Of a DNA stretch of 64,000 bases, positions 25,801 to 38,700 are shown in pieces; position 1 is the first letter of the stretch; each line of letters begins with the position of its first letter. A program made the position numbers and the translations under genes. A model generated the notes under the pieces. That model saw only the letters and a program-made list of their open reading frames with translations. It ran no database searches and had not been told where the DNA came from. The DNA lies in assembly GCA_951406725.2 (NCBI GenBank), contig OX597817.1, positions 146,444,001 to 146,508,000 of the forward strand, in the 5' to 3' direction. The DNA comes from Octopus vulgaris. Taxonomy: Eukaryota.

Positions 25801-28800
25801 CATGATACGTTAAATCATAATTGTGTATTTTTACTTTGATATATACAAATAGATAGATACATAATAGAAATATTGACATCATCATCATCATCGTTTAACG
25901 TCCGTTTTCCATGCTAGCATGGGTTGGACGATTTGACTGAGGTCTGGTGAACCAGAAGGCTGTACCAGGCTCCAATCTGATCTGGCAGAGTTCTACAGCT
26001 GGATGCCCTTCTTAACGCCAACCACTCCGAGGGTAGTGGGTGCTTTTACGTGGAACTGGCATGAGGGCCAGTCAGGCGGTACTGGCAACAACCACGCTCA
26101 AATGGTGTCTTTTACGTGCCACCTGCACAGGAGCCAGTCCAGCGGCACTGGCAATGACCTTGCTCGAGTGTTTTGTTCACATGCCACTGGCACAAGTGCC
26201 AGTAAGGTGATGCTAGTAATGGCCACGCTCGAATGGTGCTTTTTATGTGCCACCGGCATGGAAGCCAGTTAGCTGTTCTGGCAACCTATTTAAAAAATAG
26301 AACTTGTGTTATTCAAATCTTCATATACATGTCACACACACACACACATACATGTATGATCTTTAAGAATATTAACATTCTGTGCTTTTGCATGGAAACA
26401 AAAGTGCTGCCCTACAAAAATTTGCTGACCAAATTGACTGTTAGCTCTGTGTTTTTAAAGACATAAGACAGCTGTTTCTGTCTCTCTGTCTCACTATAAC
26501 CTTCCATCATCTGACACAAGATCATCTCCACTCTAAAAAGGACGTTTGTCTTGCAGATTACTTGGTGACCCTGCCAGTGCTGATGTCACATAAAAAGCAT
26601 CCAGTCTGCATTGGAAAGTGGTTGGTGCTTGGAAGAGCATCCAGATGTAACAACCTTCCCCAAACCTGCCACGTAAAAAGCACTCAGTCCACTCTGCTGG
26701 ATGTTTGGTGTTAGGAAGGGCATCCAGCCATAACAACCCTGCCAAAACAGACACAGAAGTCTGGTGTAGGCTTCTGCCTGGCCAGCTATAGTCAAACGCT
26801 ATCAAAGAAGCTTGAGAGGCGGTTGGCTAGAACTTACACTCGCCTCCTTATGAGAGCTCAAAATATCTCGTGGAAGCATCATCCAACCAAAGTACAAATA
26901 TATGGGAAGTTACCACCTGTATCATCTCTTGTGAAAGGTAGAAGAGTGCAGTCTGTTGGACATTGTTGTAGAGCTGAAAACGAGGTAATTTCTACTCTTC
27001 TCTTCTGGAAGCCATCTGCTCGCAATACCAGAGGGCGCACACTCTCCTACCCTGATGTAATCTCCAGGGATACAGGCATCCAGCAACAGGACCTCCGTAA
27101 TGCTATGATGGACCGTGAAGTCTGGCATAACATAGTAAGTTCCATTGTCTCGACCATGGTCGAACAATGATGATGATAGTCAAACCACTCATCCCTTGCC
27201 AGCATGGAAGGCGGACATTAAATGATGATGATGATGATGACGAAGGAATAAAAAAATTCCTAGGATTAATGACAGGAAGGGCATCCAACTGTGAAATAAT
27301 ACTTCAATGATATGTATTTGTCTAACCCATGCTAGCATAGAAAAACAAACGTAAAAACAAATATGAGTCTAAATATGCTTCCGTAACCTAAATTAGTTAA
27401 CACACAGAGTCTCAGAAAGACTAGAGTGGTTCTTTGGAAAATGTTGACTTACCAGCTTCTTCGTGAAGTGTAGTGGTTGTGTTGGTAGGTTGATTAGAAA
27501 TAAGGATGATGGGTTTAGGAAATGGAACTGTTGAAGACTTTGTAATTGGATCATTTGGTTTTAGAGATTCTGATAATAATTGCCCTTCATATAATAATCT
27601 TTGATCTTTTAACTCAACAGCAGAATGTGTTTCCAGTTTCTTCTGTACCTCACTGAAGCTAAAACCAAAAAGTAAGGAAACAGAATAACAGTAAACTTCG
27701 CTTCCAATGTTTCTCTTTAACTCTTTTACTTGTTTCAGTCATTTGACTGTGGCCATGCTGGAGCACCGCCTTTAGTCGAGCAAATCGACCCCAGGACTTA
27801 TTCTTTGTAAGCCCAGTACTTATTCTATCGGTCTCTTTTGCCGAACCGCTAAGTTACAGGGACGTAAACACACCAGCATCGTTTGTCAAGCGATGTTGGG
27901 GGGACAAATGCAGACACACAAACACACACACACATATATATATACATATATACGACGGGCTTTGAGTTTCCGTCTACCAAATCCACTCACAAAGCTTTGG
28001 TCGGCTCAAGGCTATAGTAGAAGACACTTTCCCAAGGTGCCATGCAGTGGGACTGAACCCGGAACCATGTGGTTAGTAAGCCAGCTACTTACCACACAGC
28101 CACTCTCTACGCCTACAATAAATTTCGTTATTTGCAGCTGATACAACTTAAGCCTTTCTTGATTGTGTTTCTATTGAGGAGACTGCTTATGTGCTTCAAT
28201 TGATATTAAGTATGATAAAAATTTCAGAGGCAGGGTTTACTAAGAAAAACTTTATATGTTGGTATATACAGGTGCTCCCCAACCATGCTGTTTCGGGTTC
28301 AGTTCCACTGCATGACATTCTGGGCAAATGTCTTCTATTATAGTCAAGGGCTAACCAAAGCTTTGTTAATATATATGGAAGAGAGAAACTGAAAGAAGCT
28401 CATTGTGTCTGTCTGTCTATATACCTATATATATATACTGTACACAGAAACACACACACATATATGTATGTATGTGTATGTGCCTGTGTGTGTGTATCTG
28501 CATCTGTGTGTGTGTGTATGTCTTGATAGTATGTGATAGTTGTTAAGGAGTGTCATTATTAGACAAATCTTCTGCGAAAACATGTTTGACTATAGGGAAA
28601 TATTACACTGCCTGAAAATAGGTAAGGGTTGGCAACAGTGAGAGTATCCAGCCACAGAAAATTTGCTTCAAAGAACTCCATCTAACCCATGCAAGCATGA
28701 AGAAGTGAAGGTTAAAATGACGATGATGTATTCATCCTATCTCATAATATCATTTAATTTAAATCTGAATAGCTTAGTATGGATGATCTCATGTGGTTTG

Positions 28801-31800
28801 AGGACTGAGTAGATTATCAAACCCATTAAGTTGTTTCTTATTTGTTCAGATTATCCTAACTCATCTAGATTGTGAAATTAAATAAAGCATCAATACATAT
28901 AAAATGAAATGCCACTTTTGTTTCTGAGATTGGAGGTTAGTTAAATCATTCTACACTCAAGTAGGTTATGGAAGAACATACCACCAAATTACCAAAGGGG
29001 TTTTTATACCCATTTCTTTACTACCCACAAGGTGCTAAACACAGAGAGGACAAACAAGGACAGACAAACGGATTAAGTCGATTATATCGATCCCAGTGCG
29101 TAACTGGTACTTATTTACTACTTACTTGTACTTGTGGCGACATTCACCCTGGGCGGGTTGAGTCGGTTTCTTCTACCACCCTCGAGGCATCTCGAACCAT
29201 GGCAGCCCATGCACGACGGTCCTGCGCCAGTTCACTGGAGATAGCGAGCCAGTCACGGTTCCATCGGTGCAGGCCGACCACCTGCGGTCCTGTGAACATG
29301 AAGAGGTCCTCCTTGGTACTTATTTAATCGACCCCGAAAGGATGAAAGGCAAATTTGACCTCGGCGGAATTTGAACTCAGATCGTAACGGCAGACGAAAT
29401 ACCACTAAGCATTTCGCCCGGCCTGCTAACGATTCTGCCAGCTCACTGCCTTGAGGGGTATAAAAAGGGGTTTTTATACCTTCAGCTCTTCAGCAATTAC
29501 TGAGATGGATGAGGACAGCTGCATAAAGAAATGCTGAGCTCTAATTGTGGAGGGCACTTGTGGAAGGGGTGGACCCAGGAAGACACTGGGCCTCACTGAA
29601 GAAATGACACATCAAGCTAAATAAAATTACTGCCTTCCATACATACAAGTTTATCCTTTCAGGTGCTGGTGCCACTTAGAAAGCACTTATGCTGGTGTTG
29701 TGCATAAGCACCCATGCCAGTGGCAAGTAAAAAGCATCTAGCACTCTCTGTTAAGTGATTGGTGTTAGGAAGGGCATCAAGCCATAGAAATCATGTCACA
29801 ACTGACAGTTGGAGTCAGGACAGCTTCCTGCTAGCTAGCTCCATGTCAAACCTTCCAACCTATGCCAGTATGGAAAGTGGACATTAAACAACGATGCAAT
29901 TTTTGAAAATAACTTTAATCCCCTCTTAAACTTAAGGTGCTGAACAACTGACACTATTCCTTCTGAGTTTCAACTTAACTAAAGACAACCCTAACCCTAA
30001 AACCTTAACCCGTTAAACCTAAAACCCTAACCTTAACCCTAACCCTAAAACCTTAAAACCAGTACAAATGCACAAATGATGTCATAAATCACAGTGACAA
30101 ACGAAAAATACACCACTGATATTTGTTGTTGACAATCAACGGCAGTAATTTTATTCAGCTGAATACACGTCATTGATTGGTTGAAATTTCCGAAATACGA
30201 GAACTTTAAGATGAAATAACTTCGTAAATATAAGTTTTTCTCAAAAATGCTAAGAGTAAAACATGTTTTATATGACACATTCTACCAGTGTCCAAAGTTT
30301 GAAAGTCTTTAGTTACAAAAAATTATTTTTTAAATCTGTAGGTCAAAAGGTAAAGATCCCACTGAAGATATTAAAAACGAGTTAATTAAGCAAATAAAGT
30401 AAAATGTTTAAAGATTTCCACAAACCAATCAGTTGGCTTCAAGTACAAATGCAAAATTTCTACTTTGATGGTGTCCACAACTTTTATAAGAATCATGCTG
30501 TTGATTTCATCAGCATGTCTGAAGAATTTCTCAAATGTCCATATTTTCTGAGAGGCTTTTTCTAGTAATCCAGCTATTACAGGAAGGATCAAAAATTTGA
30601 GTTCACTGAAAGCAAAAAGAAAAAGTATATAAAGAAATCTCCTACAGATGTATTCATATATCATTATTGCTGTTACAGCTGTGCTGCAGCATGGCCAAAA
30701 CCAAGTATTGAAAACCATTACAAGAATAAAATAGTAATGAAGAAAGTGGCAGATAAAATAACAATCTCATACACCATTTTTATCCTGCCGTCTCCCACTC
30801 TCTCTCTCCCCTTCTCCCGTACTTCCCTCAGGCTGGGTAACCATGTACTTCCTCTGCAGCAGCGCACCTGTTTCTCTCTTTATTCCTTCTTTCTCTCTCT
30901 CTCTGGCCAGGTAACCTTGTACCTCCTCTACAGCAAGACACCTGTTTCTGTCTCTCTGTCTCACTATAACCTTTCGTTATCCAACACAAGATCACCTCCT
31001 CCAATGCCTCCTCCCCTCTCAAAAGAGTTTTTTTTGTCTTGCAAGTACTTGGTGACCCCATCAGTGCAGGTGCCACTTAAAAGCACACAGTCCACAACAG
31101 AGTGATTGGCATTAGGAAGGGCATCCAGCTGTAGAAACTCTGCCAGATCAAGATTGGAGCTTAGTGCAGCTATCTGGTTCGCCAGTCCTCAGTCAAATTG
31201 CCCAACCCATGCTAAGTGGACGTTAAACGACGACGATGATGATGATGATTCCAGAAACGCATCCAGCCACAAAGAAATGTTACATTGCTTGAAAATACTC
31301 AAAAGAGACAAAACAATGACCATTCCCATCAAAATATAAAATCATCATTTAATGTCTGCTTTCCATGCTTGCATGAGTTGGACTCCCATCATGACATAAA
31401 ACAATAATAAATCCTTTCTACTATAGCCACAAGGTCTGACCTTTGTGGGTAGGCGACTAGTTGGTTACACTGACCCAGTACGCAACTGGTACTTAATTTA
31501 TCAATCCTGAAAGGACAAAAGGCAAAGTCAACTTCAGTGGAATTTGAACTCAGAACGTAAAGACAGGTGAAATACTGCTAAGCATTTCACCTGGTGTGTT
31601 AACAATTCTGCCAACTTGCCACCTTACATAAAACAACAACAACAACAGCAACAGCAACAACAACAACAACAACAATCATAAAAGAAGCATTGGCAGCAAA
31701 ACCAGAATTCCAATCATTCTACTTACAGAGACAATGACGCTGATTCTGGTAAATCATTGCTCCATTCAATATCTCCTCCTGGATGTTTCTGAATTCCTGA

Positions 31801-33718
31801 CACTACACCAGACTGTTTATTTGTTAACATTTGAAACCTGAAAGGTAGAGAATCATAGGATGTACTGGGTGCTATTTTTCATGGCACCAGCATTGGTGAG
31901 GCTGCCATGTAATCTGCAAGACCAAAGGGTCTTAGTAACTGAGAGTGATTATAGCAGAAAGAACTGTTTTTATGTCAGGTGTGGAAAGGTTAAAGCATGG
32001 AAGAAGAATCATTAAAGTAGTTTCCAGCTGAAAATTTCGAGGAAAGGTGTAAGACATATGAAAGAAATGACCAAGAATTGAACCTCTATGAGTTGTTGTT
32101 TAGTCCTGATTGAAGAAATCTACAATCAAAGGCATTCCAGCTGCATGACCATCTTATTTTCCCAGGTACAGGGTACTTATGACAACATCATATCAAATAT
32201 GTCTTTATTTCCTAAGAGGAAAGGGTGGGGTTATTTGAAAGAGATTTGGCTGCTATTTCTTTTAAGACAAGCAACAATATAGAAGATCCTTGTTAGCCCA
32301 AATCTGCATGTGAGGGGGCAGCTTGGACCTCAACAGTATGATAGTTGTGTCAGAATCTGTGTAACAAAAACTAAAATATTTTTACAGCTGGCAGTTTACT
32401 AATTACCAAATTAGAGCCATTAAATGAAAACTACTTTATTAATTAGGGTATGTGGGTATTTTGAAGTGATGACTATACCCTGCATAGTTATGGATTGCTC
32501 TTTGGCAAGGTATAGCACCCTTTCAGCCACCCTTCCAGGGTTACAGTGAAGAAGTCATGTGGATTGTGAAGAGGTAGCAGAAGAGCTTGACTGAGTCAAC
32601 ATTGGTTTTTACTTTAATGCTGAGCAGAGGAATCCTAGAAGATCAATGGTCAGGATCACCAAGCTCTATCAAGGGAAGAACTGCAATACCAGCAGGGTGG
32701 GGCATCCATGGTTGTGTCCACAGCTACTGAAAGATTCATTATGACTCAAGCTCCCAGTTCAAATTCATAAAAATGGAATTGGATGGCGACAAAGAGTCAC
32801 AGAAATCTGCAAAAGCAGTACAATCAAAGAGAGAAAGAGTTTATTAATTAGTAAAGAAAATACTTCTGTCTCATTAGCAAAGATAGTATTTTTATATCTT
32901 TCTGCCTAAGTCACCTCCAGCCTCTCTTCTAAAATGTGAGTTGCCATGTATCTCCTCTACTACAAAAAACCCATACTGCTGTGATCCCATCTCTCATACT
33001 TTAACCCTTTATCTGGAAGCATAAAATCACCTTCCTCAGGGTTTGTAGTCTTGCTAGCTACATGGTGACCTTACTAGTGCTAGGGCTATGAAAAAAAACA
33101 CCCATTATATGATGTAAAGTGTGAGGAAGGGCATCACATGACCATACAAGCACAGTCGTCTCTCTTGCACACCACATCTGCTGCCTCATGAAGAATTTAA
33201 TCAAAATAACTCTACCATTATTAATCTGGTGTTTGGAACTTGAATCAACATGAAATTTTGATGGAAGGTTTTTTGTATCAAAGAACCAGGAACAATTTGA
33301 AGTAGGATGTTTTCAAAAAAAAAAAAGGAATACTTACATATCAACCCGATTTTCACGACCTCCATATGGTATGAAGGGAGGTATTCCAGTTGCTGAATGG
33401 TATAGTGTGGCACCAAGACTCCAAAGATCAGCAGAAACAGTAAATGGCTGCTTTGATCTTTCAAAAAATACAGACTGGTAGATGTCTGGATGCTAAAAAA
33501 GAATGGAAAAGATCAGAAGAAAGTAAATGAAAAGAAGAAAAAAACTCCAGAAAATTTACAAATGTTGCAGGAGTGGCTGTAAGTAGCGTGCTTCCCAACC
33601 ACATGGTTCTGGGTTCAGTCCTACTGCATGGCACCTTGGACAAGTGTCTTCTACTATAGCCTCGGGCCAACCAAAGCCTTGTGAGTGGATTTGGTAGACG
33701 GAAACTGAAAGAAGCCAA

Positions 33719-33767
<49 letters not shown>

Positions 33768-35362
33768 CATGTATGAATATGTTTGTGTGTCCGTGATTGT
33801 CACCACCGCCACCATTGCTTGACAACCGATGTTGGTGTGTTTACATCCCTGTAACTTAGTGGTTTGGCAAAAGAGACCAATAGAATAATACTAGGCTTAC
33901 AAAGAAGAAGTCCTGGAGCCAATCTGTTCGACTAAAGGCGGTGCTCCAGCATGGCCGCAGTCAAATGACTGGAACAAATACAAGACTACAAGAATAAATA
34001 ACATTATAGTGTGTTTCAGATTTGATAAATGAAAGTTCTGCAATAGCCATTATTTATGCTGTGTAAATACAACTGATGTGGTTTTATTTCTCAGTAAGTA
34101 TCCATGTTTTTCATAGTCCTGGATGTTCTACAAATTTAGACCCCCACCACTTCACATCCAAATGAAGCTATTTATCTCCTACTTTTCTTTTCCTCCTCCT
34201 CGCCACCGCCGCCACCACCACCACCACCATTTTAATGTCTTCACTTATCCATACTTGCATGGAACAGATGGGATTCACTGAAACAGAATTTCTATGGATG
34301 GACACCCTTCCTGTTGCAAACCCTCACTGTTTCCCTCACCAAGGTAATATTTTCCTTATGGTTGGACACATTTTTATGGAAAACTGGAAATGAAGGACAC
34401 TGCTTGTATTACAGTGGCACTTGTTTACAACTGTCCCATGATGGAAAACAAGAAGATACTAAAACACACAAAAAGCACCATCTGAATATTGAGTGATTAA
34501 GGCGGTGGGCTGGCAGAATCGTTAGCACGCTGAGCAAAATGAAATTATTGTGTATAGTGCTATAGTAGAAGACACTTGCCCAAGGTACTATGCAGTGGGA
34601 CTGAACCCAGAACCATGTGGTTGGGAAGCAAGCTTCTTACCACACAGCCACTCCCACACCTATATAATTCTTTTTACACCAGCCCATCTGAAAGCACCCC
34701 TGGTTCAATGACACGAATTCCCTGTTTAAAATAATCTGAACCGAAAACCATGCAGTTGTGAAGCAAGTTTCTTAACTACACAGCCACATCTGTGCCTAAT
34801 AACTAAACTAAAACCGTGTGGGAAAAAATCTTTAAGATAAATAAATAGGAAAGATGAGAAATAAAAAAGAACAAACCAGATATTCTTCAGTTCCAACCAA
34901 TGACATGAATTCTTCTTCGTCTTGAAGTGGTTTCGCACAACCAAAGTCAGTAAGTTTATATACAGTTCTAGAAAGAAGAACAGGATTTAGAGAGCATAGT
35001 GATCAGAATGGTTTCCTCATTCATATTCTCTTACCTCCCACTACTCCTCAACTTTACACCTTTGTACTTCTACAAGCTAAAATTTACATCACAGTTCAAC
35101 TTTTGTAGTATTTGGCCATGGGTCTTCAGATTCTGAGTTCAAATCTCAATAAAGTCACTTTACCTTTTATTGATCTAGGGTTGGTAAAGTAAGTACCAGT
35201 GAAGTACCTGGGTTTATCTAACTGACTGTGCTCGTCCACTGACTTTGTAGTCTTGCATTCATTAATTCATCTAAAGTCTGTTTTTCTGTGTGAGCAGATG
35301 TTCAGACAGGGAAGCATCTTGAGGCAGGATTTTACGACTGGATGCACTTCTTGTCATTATCA

Positions 35363-35402
<40 letters not shown>

Positions 35403-35671
35403 CATTATTATTATTATTATTAAGGCGGTGAGCTGGCAGAACTGTTAGCACCCCAGACAAAATGCTTAGCAGCATTTCATCCATTTTTATGTTCTGAGTT
35501 CAAATTCTGCTGAGATCAACTTTGCCTTTCAGCCAGATCAGACTGGAGCCTGGAGCAGCCCCTGGCTTCCTAGACCCCGGTCGAACTGTCCAACCCGTGC
35601 TAGCGCGGAAAACGGACGTTAAACGATGATGATGATGATATATACATATATACATATATAAATATATATAT

Positions 35672-35722
<51 letters not shown>

Positions 35723-38700
35723 TATATGTATATATGTATGTATGTATGCATGTATATATGTATACATGTATGTATATGTGTGCATGTATGTAACTTACTT
35801 TCTTTCATTTTGGCATCGCAATATATTCGGTGGTTTGATATCTCTATGTGCAAATCCATTTTTACGTAAATGCTTCATACCACAAACTGGTAATATAACG
35901 GAAACAAATAATAAAAAAAGTAAACTAAAAACAAACAACAACAACAACAACAAAAAATCAATATGTTAAACACGGATTGCTACAATGAATGCACCCAGTC
36001 TACACCCTATTATTTATGCCAGTGTGCCTTCAGCTTAAATGTAACTGGTACATTCCGCAAAGTGATTGGTGATAGGAAGGGTATCCAGTCTTAGAAACCA
36101 GGCCAAATCTTGAGATGTACACGTCAGATCAGGTGTGGGGATGATGTGCCATTGCAGTCCATTGATGCAGTCACCATTTGTTGGTATATTCTCAGGTTCT
36201 CCTAGGCAACCCTTCAAGCAGCATCCCAGTCAGTCCCCTTCTCCATGAGTCATCTCCTCATCTGTCATAACCATGTGGCACATGGTGGACCAACATGAGC
36301 TGTAAACCCAGCTGGATCCTCAGTGAAGAGGATATGGCAGGGTCTAACTTGGAAAACTGAGCAACATGGTCAGTCTGAGCTGGCACTCCATAACCATACA
36401 AGTAAAAATATGCATCCATCCCAGTTCCATAAAAAAAAAAAAAAACACATTTTATATGTTGACAAACATTTCAACAGCAAACATGTGATGTGTATCAGTC
36501 CAAACCATGATGGCAACTGAAAAATACTTTCCCAAAAACCAGTAAAACATCAGCTACACGAAGGCAGCACAATCACCTACTTAACTTCACTGGTATCACA
36601 CCAATGGCTGTATAAAATATGGGAGGTTATGAGCCTTGAAACCAGTGATCTCAACCATTTTTTTACTTTTGGGCTCCTTTGACTATTCTAATCTGGTGGA
36701 TCCCTAATGCCATTTGATGTTTAAAAACTAATCTTGTAGATCTTCTTCTTCTTACAGCATTCACCCGGGGTGGGTTGAGCTGGCTTCATTCATCCTCAAT
36801 ACTGCATCTCTCACAAACGCCGACCAGGCCTGGCGATTTGAGGCTAATGACCGCATGATCTCCAACCACTCCTTATTCCAGCGGCAAACGCCGTAGATAT
36901 GGGGGCCTAGGTTGGGTTCCAGATCAGCCTGGACAACGAAAAACCTGGCTGATGACAGTCAATCTTGTAGATGCTTCTTTTAAAATTCTTATTTTGTGTT
37001 TCACTCATTCAATTATGGAAGCTGAATTACGTAAAATGTTAGAGAGAGAAGCCTAGTTGTTTTTTGCATTCATTTACAACTATTACATGATGTCAAGGCA
37101 GGGGGACACTAACACAAACACACATAGAAACATCAATCTATCTAATGCACACTATCAAAACATTGAGTATTTTGATAGGTTGTGGTCTCATACAACTTGC
37201 TGCAGTGAACTGTACCTACCTGTTGCCCTATTTCTACTTAAGCAAAATGAGCCAACATCATTTAATTGCTTTGAACTATAAATATTTTATGGCTGTGGTA
37301 ACTGGATTTTTAAAAATCTGCATTTATAACTAGTTGTTATAAGTTCAAGCTGATGAGACAGTAATAAAAATGAAAAAATAGACAAACTATGATCCATATT
37401 TGCTCATAATTTTGAGCATTAACTCTTCACCCTTTCTTTCCCAACAAAACTAAAACATGCTTAAATGTGTAAACATACACCAAAACCACAGTATTTGATA
37501 GCATATAAAATGCATTTTTTCTATAAAATGTCTTGAAAATCACACCATGTCCTACATGTGCAGTTTGGCCGATATTACATGCTTTAATGAACTAAAAAAA
37601 CTTTTCCTTGAATACATGCTGCTAAAATCAGGGAGTGTCTAACATGCCTATGCATTTTTTATGCTATCATGTACAGTAATTTAATATTCACAAGAGCAAA
37701 TATACAAACAGACACTACGTTTATCAGGAACTAAAATAATGAACAATAAGTCGACACAAATATCACAAAAGCTTGCCAGTAGTTATGTTCAATATCTTTT
37801 AGCACATAATCTTTATTATATCTGTTTCGTGTGGAGGTGCAATGACCCAGTGGTTAGGGCAGCGGACTCGCGGTTGGAGGATCGCGGTTTCGATTCCCAG
37901 ACCGAGCGTTGTGTGTGTTTATTGAGCGAAAACATCTAAAAGCTCTATGAGGCTCTGCTAGGGGGTGGTGGCGACCTCTGTTGTACTCTTTCGCCTCAAC
38001 TTTCTCTCAGTCTTTCTTCTGTTTCTTGAGTAATGCTGCGATGGACAGGCATCCTGTCCAGCTGGGGAGAACACATATGCCACAGAAACTGGGAAACCAG
38101 GCCCATGAGCCAGGATAGGCTTGAAAAGGGCGCATAAATAAAAAAAAAAAACAACTGTTTCGTAACCCTTTCATTAACACATTTTGGTTGAAATACACCA
38201 TCTTTGATTTAATCAATTTTGAGAATAGTGAAAAATTTAGGAAAATAACCTTGTCAAAATTACAGTCTTTGATGGTATATAAGACAAACTTTTTTAAAAA
38301 TTGCCCCCTGGGTCTGTATATAAAGCTGAGTCCATATTACATGTTTCGATGTACTAAAACCATTTTTTTCTGAATATGTTATAGGCATAGGAGTGGCTGT
38401 GTGGTAGGTAGCTTGTTTACGAACCACATGGTTCTGGGTTCAATCCCACTGCGTGGCCCCTTGGGCAAGTATCTTCTACTTGCCTTGAGTGGGTTTGGTA
38501 GACGGAAACTGAAAGAAGCCCATCATATATATGTATATATATATATGCGTGTGTGTGTGTATATGTTGTGTGTCTGTGTTTGTCACCCCAACATTGCTTG
38601 ACAACCGATGCTGGTGTGTTTATGTCCCCATAATTTAGCGGTTCGGCAAAAGAGACTGATAGAATAAGTACTAGGCTTATAAAGAATAAGTCCTGGCGTC

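Noticed and set aside
29988-30060. True telomere or chromosome-fusion site
   Set aside because: Short, degenerate, in a single orientation, and inside an intron of an intact gene.
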